Shown: positions 51,610-56,357 of the stretch, one piece after another
Numbering within the stretch: position 1 is the stretch's first letter
Layout of the letters: every line of letters begins with the position of its first letter
Assembly (NCBI GenBank): GCA_963827755.1
Contig: CAWHCQ010000030.1
Location: forward strand, 1 to 56,357
DNA: 56,357 nt
From: an uncultured Gammaproteobacteria bacterium
Lineage (GTDB): Bacteria > Pseudomonadota > Gammaproteobacteria > UBA9214
Direction of reading: 5' to 3'
Notes under the pieces: generated by a model
What the model was told of the DNA's origin: nothing
Databases searched by the model: none
Seen by the model: only the letters and a program-made list of their open reading frames with translations
Translations under genes and position numbers: made by a program

Positions 51610-52347
51610 ATGACCGACCTCAAGACCTATCGTGCTTGGGACGCCAGCACCCGCTGGTTTCACTGGATCAACCTGGTGTGCATGCTCGGACTGATTGCCG
51701 TGGGCGTGGCAATCCTCAACGCCAAGGCGCTTGGCGTAAGCAACGACGGCAAGATCCTGCTCAAGACCGTGCACGTCTGGATTGGCTATGTGTTCGCGGT
51801 GAACCTGCTGTGGCGCCTGGTATGGGCCTTCATCGGCGGGACGCACGCGCGCTGGCGGGCGATTCTGCCCGGCGGACGCGGCTATATGAACGAGGTACGT
51901 GCCTACATCGCCGGCTTCCGCAGCGGGCAGCCGCGCCAGTATCTCGGCCACAATCCGCTCGGGCGTATTGCGGTCACATTGCTGCTGCTGCTGTTGCTGA
52001 CGCAGGCCGTCACCGGGCTGGTACTGGCGGGTACGGACTTGTTTTACCCGCCAATTGGTTCATGGATAGCCGGCTGGATAGCCGCGCCGGGCATCGATCC
52101 TGTAACACTGGTGCCCTACGCAAAGGAGATGTATGACGAAACCGCTTATGAAGCAATGCGCGGATTCCGCAAACCCTTCATTACCGTCCACTATTATGGC
52201 TTCTTCGTGCTGCTCGGCTTTTCACTCGTCCACATCCTCGCGGTCGTCGTGACCGAACTGCGCGAAGGCGGCAACCTGGTCTCCGCCATGTTTTCGGGCA
52301 GGAAGATCCTGCGTGGAACACCTGTGGACCAAACGAAAAAGGATTAG
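51610..52347 (+). CDS. Cytochrome b/b6-domain membrane protein (Ni-hydrogenase b-type family)
   Basis: WDASTRWFHW, HVWIGY, GHNPLG and TVHYY...VHILAV...NLVSAMFSG. Confidence 0.85.
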   Translation: MTDLKTYRAWDASTRWFHWINLVCMLGLIAVGVAILNAKALGVSNDGKILLKTVHVWIGYVFAVNLLWRLVWAFIGGTHARWRAILPGGRGYMNEVRAYIAGFRSGQPRQYLGHNPLGRIAVTLLLLLLLTQAVTGLVLAGTDLFYPPIGSWIAGWIAAPGIDPVTLVPYAKEMYDETAYEAMRGFRKPFITVHYYGFFVLLGFSLVHILAVVVTELREGGNLVSAMFSGRKILRGTPVDQTKKD

Positions 52348-52432
52348 AACCCGGTTGCGTGGCAACCCCCGGCTCCAGAAATCAGCAGCAATGAAATAGC
52401 TGCAAGGGGTGGAAGTCGACACACCGCACAAT

Positions 52433-52466
52433 AAAAAACCCCTGTAGTCCAGTGACTACAGGGGTT
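52433..52466 (-). terminator. rRNA operon terminator
   Basis: 13-bp stem aacccctgtagtc / gactacaggggtt followed by a U-tract on the minus strand. Confidence 0.85.
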
Positions 52467-52476
52467 CGTATTAAAA

Positions 52477-52593
52477 GCCTGGCAGTGACCTACTTTCACA
52501 TGGGGAAACCCCAAACTATCATCGGCGCTAAGCAGTTTCACTTCCGAGTTCGGGATGGGATCGGGTGGTTCCCACTTGCTAATGCCGCCAGGC
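52477..52593 (-). rRNA. rrf: 5S rRNA
   Basis: Reverse complement gcctggcggcattagc...cccatcccgaactcggaagtgaaac...gtaggtcactgccaggc. Confidence 0.95.
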
Positions 52594-52608
52594 AAACTGT
52601 TCGGTTTA

Positions 52609-52677
52609 AAGGGGTCAGAGTATTGAAACTCGTGACATTTCAAACAGCCAGAGTAAATTCAAGTACTCTGACCCCTT
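52609..52677. repeat. GGGGTCAGAGT-type inverted repeat in the 23S-5S spacer
   Basis: aaggggtcagagta(-)ttgaa ... ttcaagtactctgacccctt. Confidence 0.75.
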
Positions 52678-52890
52678 GAACCATGTTCGAGAAATTGTAA
52701 TAGCGAGTATGTTGCCTGAATACCAGTATCAACACCAAAACTGCTTGGGTGTTATATGGTCAAGCCTCACGGGCAATTAGTACTGGTTAGCTTCACACAT
52801 TACTGCACTTCCACACCCAGCCTATCAACGTCGTAGTCTTCGACGGCCCTTCAGGGGAATCAAGTTCCCAGTGAGATCTCATCTTGAGGG

Positions 52891-52926
<36 letters not shown>

Positions 52927-53043
52927 TCCGTTCATAGCTACCCGGCAATGCCACTGGCGTGACAACCGGAACACCAGAGGAACGTCCACTCCGGTCCTCT
53001 CGTACTAGGAGCAGCTCCTCTCAAATCTCAGGCGCCCACGGCA

Positions 53044-53125
<82 letters not shown>

Positions 53126-53130
53126 GGCTA

Positions 53131-53173
<43 letters not shown>

Positions 53174-53199
53174 TCCGTCGATATGGACTCTTGGGAGGA

Positions 53200-53253
<54 letters not shown>

Positions 53254-53376
53254 GCAGAACCACCGGATCACTAAAGCCTGCTTTCGCACCTGCTCGACGT
53301 GTCTGTCTCGCAGTCAAGCACCCTTATGCTTTTGCACTCATTGCGCGATGTCCGACCGCGCTGAGGGTACCTTCGC

Positions 53377-53419
<43 letters not shown>

Positions 53420-53579
53420 ACCCACCATACACTGTTCCCGACCCGGATAACGGGCCTGGGTTAGAACCTCAAACATACCAGGGTGGTATTTCAAGGGTGA
53501 CTCCACGAGAGCTGGCGCTCCCGCTTCAAAGTCTCCCACCTATCCTACACAGACAGGCTCAAAGTTCAGTGCAAAGCTG

Positions 53580-53610
<31 letters not shown>

Positions 53611-53681
53611 CCGCGGGTACGCTGCATCTTAACAGCGAGTTCAATTTCACTGAGTCTCTGGTGGAGACAGTGTGGCCGTCG

Positions 53682-53775
<94 letters not shown>

Positions 53776-53808
53776 CAAGAGCTTCTCCGAAGATAACCCC
53801 ATCAATTA

Positions 53809-53843
<35 letters not shown>

Positions 53844-54471
53844 TTCCTCTTGCGAGTTTGCAGAGTGCTGTGTTTTTGATAAACAGTCGCAGCCACCATT
53901 TTATTGCAACCCCCAACAGCTTACGGAGTAAATCCTTCACCATTAGGGGCGTACCTTCTCCCGAAGTTACGGTACCATTTTGCCTAGTTCCTTCACCAGA
54001 GTTCTCTCAAGCGCCTTAGAATTCTCATCCCACCCACCTGTGTTGGTTTGGGGTACGGTCAAACGTAACCTGAAGCTTAGAGGCTTTTCCTGGAAGCATG
54101 GCATCAACCACTTCGCTCCAAAAGGAGCTCGACATCACGTCTCGAAATTGTGTTCCCGGATTTGCCTAAGAACACTTCCTACACGCTTGAACCGGGACAT
54201 CCAACACCCGGATGATCTAGCCTTCTCCGTCCCCTCATCGCAGTTACGTTCGGTACAGGAATATTAACCTGTTATCCATCGACTACGCCTTTCGGCCTCG
54301 CCTTAGGTACCGACTCACCCTGCTCCGATTAACGTTGAGCAGGAAACCTTGGGTTTTCGGCGTGGGGGTTTTTCACCCCCATTATCGTTACTCATGTCAG
54401 CATTCGCACTTCTGATACCTCCAGCATTCCTTACAGAACACCTTCACAGGCTTACAGAACGCTCCTCTACC

Positions 54472-54580
54472 ATGCATACATTCCCTCAAAGCCACTCGAC
54501 AAGCATTTCCTCACCATGAGGGAGCGCCTGGACGCAGCGATGCTGCGCCAATCGAATAGTCTTGAGTGGAATGTATGCAT
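54472..54580 (-). other. 23S intervening sequence at helix 45
   Basis: Stem atgcatacattcc / ggaatgtatgcat between gctcctctacc and ccgcagcttcgg, where the standard helix is only about 20 nt. Confidence 0.85.
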
Positions 54581-54631
54581 CCGCAGCTTCGGTACATATC
54601 TTAAGCCCCGTTAAATCTTCCGCGCGGACCG

Positions 54632-54703
<72 letters not shown>

Positions 54704-54737
54704 CTTTCCACATCGTTTCCCACTGAGATATGATTTG

Positions 54738-54772
<35 letters not shown>

Positions 54773-55192
54773 CCACGACGGACGTTAGCACCCGCCGTGT
54801 GTCTCCCGTGATTGCACTTTCTGGTATTCGGAGTTTGCCATGGTTTGGTAAGTCGGGATGACCCCCTAGCCATAACAGTGCTCTACCCCCAGAAGTGATA
54901 CACGAGGCGCTACCTAAATAGCTTTCGAGGAGAACCAGCTATCTCCGGGCTTGATTAGCCTTTCACTCCGATCCACAGCTCATCCCCTCATTTTTCAACA
55001 TAAGTGGGTTCGGGCCTCCAGTAGGTATTACCCCACCTTCACCCTGGCCATGGATAGATCGCCCGGTTTCGGGTCTACTCCCAGAGACTAATTCGCCCTA
55101 TTCAGACTCGGTTTCCCTACGGCTCCCCTGTCACGGTTAACCTTGCCACTGAAAGTAAGTCGCTGACCCATTATACAAAAGGTACGCAGTCA

Positions 55193-55312
55193 CCCCATCA
55201 CTAAGCCACCTCTGCCTGAGACGTACAGATGCATTACTACCTTGGTAGTAACAAATCATCATCTCGGGCGGGTTGCTGAGCACAGCATCACCAAAGTAGC
55301 TTAGTGATGGGG
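55193..55312 (-). other. 23S intervening sequence at helix 25
   Basis: Stem ccccatcactaagc / gcttagtgatgggg between ggtacgcagtca and ctcccactgcttg. Confidence 0.85.
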
Positions 55313-55366
55313 CTCCCACTGCTTGTACGCACACGGTTTCAGGTTCTATTTCACTCCCCTCACCGG

Positions 55367-55411
<45 letters not shown>

Positions 55412-56152
55412 GTAGGTAGTATTTAGCCTTGGAGGATGGTCCCCCCATGTTCAGTCAAGATAACACGTGTCCCGACCTACTCGATTTCACTGAAAACATT
55501 CTTTAATGTACGGGACTATCACCCACTATGGTCAGACTTTCCAGACTGTTCCACTAGAATGTAATCAGCTTAAGGGCTGATCCCCGTTCGCTCGCCGCTA
55601 CTAAGGGAATCTCAATTGATTTCTTTTCCTCCGGGTACTTAGATGTTTCAGTTCCCCGGGTTCGCCTCTGCACCCTATGTATTCAGGTGCAGATAATCAC
55701 CAAAGGTGATTGGGTTGCCCCATTCGGAAATCTCCGGGTCAAAGCTTGTTTGTCAGCTCACCGAAGCTTATCGCAGACTACTACGTCCTTCATCGCCTCC
55801 TACTGCCTAGGCATCCACCGTATGCGCTTAGTCACTTGACCATATAACCCCAAACAGTCTGACCAGGTTTTTTCCGCGATAGCTAAATCACGAAAACTCC
55901 TTCTTCAAACCTGTGCATCAAGCAAGTACAAGATACACAAAGTTATATGCTGACTACTGGTTACTCATTATTACAAATGCAACATACCCGAAACGAATTC
56001 ATCACAAATTCGTTTCTATTGTGAGACATGCTTTGAGAAACATGTCTCGCGCCTATTACAACTTCTCAAATTTTTAAAGAACAGTACTGATGCGTGATCA
56101 GTCATGAATACCCGCTTAAACAGATATTCATGACTGACACATTAAGGCTGAA

Positions 56153-56228
56153 TGGTGGAGCCAGTCGGGATCGAACCGACGACCCCCTGCTTGCAAAGCA
56201 GGTGCTCTCCCAGCTGAGCTATGGCCCC
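56153..56228 (-). tRNA. tRNA-Ala(TGC), in the 16S-23S spacer
   Basis: GGGGCCATAGCTCAGCTGGGAGAGCA-CCTGC TTTGCAA GCAGG...TGGCTCCACCA. Confidence 0.96.
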
Positions 56229-56235
56229 TGACCTT

Positions 56236-56348
56236 GGCTATTTTCCGTCAGTGCTGCGTTGTCTGCTCCTCGTTCGGTCAGCCTCAGCATACCTCGCGTA
56301 TGCTTCCCTCCCTCTTTCGTCGCGCGCCTTGCCTGACGAAAAATATCC
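56236..56348. repeat. Long palindromic element in the ITS upstream of tRNA-Ala
   Basis: Outer arms tattttccgtcag / ctgacgaaaaata (12/13) and inner agcatac...gtatgct. Confidence 0.6.
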
Positions 56349-56357
56349 TGCGTCAGG

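Overview
Chromosomal window of a GC-rich gammaproteobacterium (core genes roughly 55-60% GC by spot counts; gene order resembles Chromatiales/Thiohalomonadales-type lineages, which is inference). Bases 1-15 kb are accessory DNA stacked on the 3' end of a tRNA-Met(CAT) gene. The left edge holds an internally deleted IS1182 and a probably truncated membrane-protein gene. Next is a ~12 kb island with no visible integrase, bounded by a 47-bp tRNA-Met repeat. It carries three copies of an island-end motif, two type II toxin-antitoxin modules, an IS6, an AT-rich GH3 beta-glucosidase lipoprotein gene and an AT-rich mannitol/sorbitol ABC transporter plus mannitol 2-dehydrogenase. Bases 15-52 kb are core genome: ychF-pth-rplY-prs-tRNA-Gln-ispE-lolB-TPR, hemA-prfA-prmC-moeB, pdxB, gatCAB, mreBCD-mrdA-rodA-mltB-rlpA-dac-dat, lexA with an imuA/sulA-like gene, ispG, tRNA-Thr, coaX-birA and msrA. 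The window ends in an rRNA operon (5S, 23S with two intervening sequences, tRNA-Ala). The most unusual items are a ~890-codon RlpA with three SPOR domains, four KWKFWQW repeats and Glu at the catalytic Asp position; repeated island-end motifs bracketing a TA cassette; a ~48-bp mini-element nested in two unrelated palindromic repeats; and a probable ATC start for mreC. At least one indel (rplY) looks like an assembly error, so frameshifts need read-level checking.
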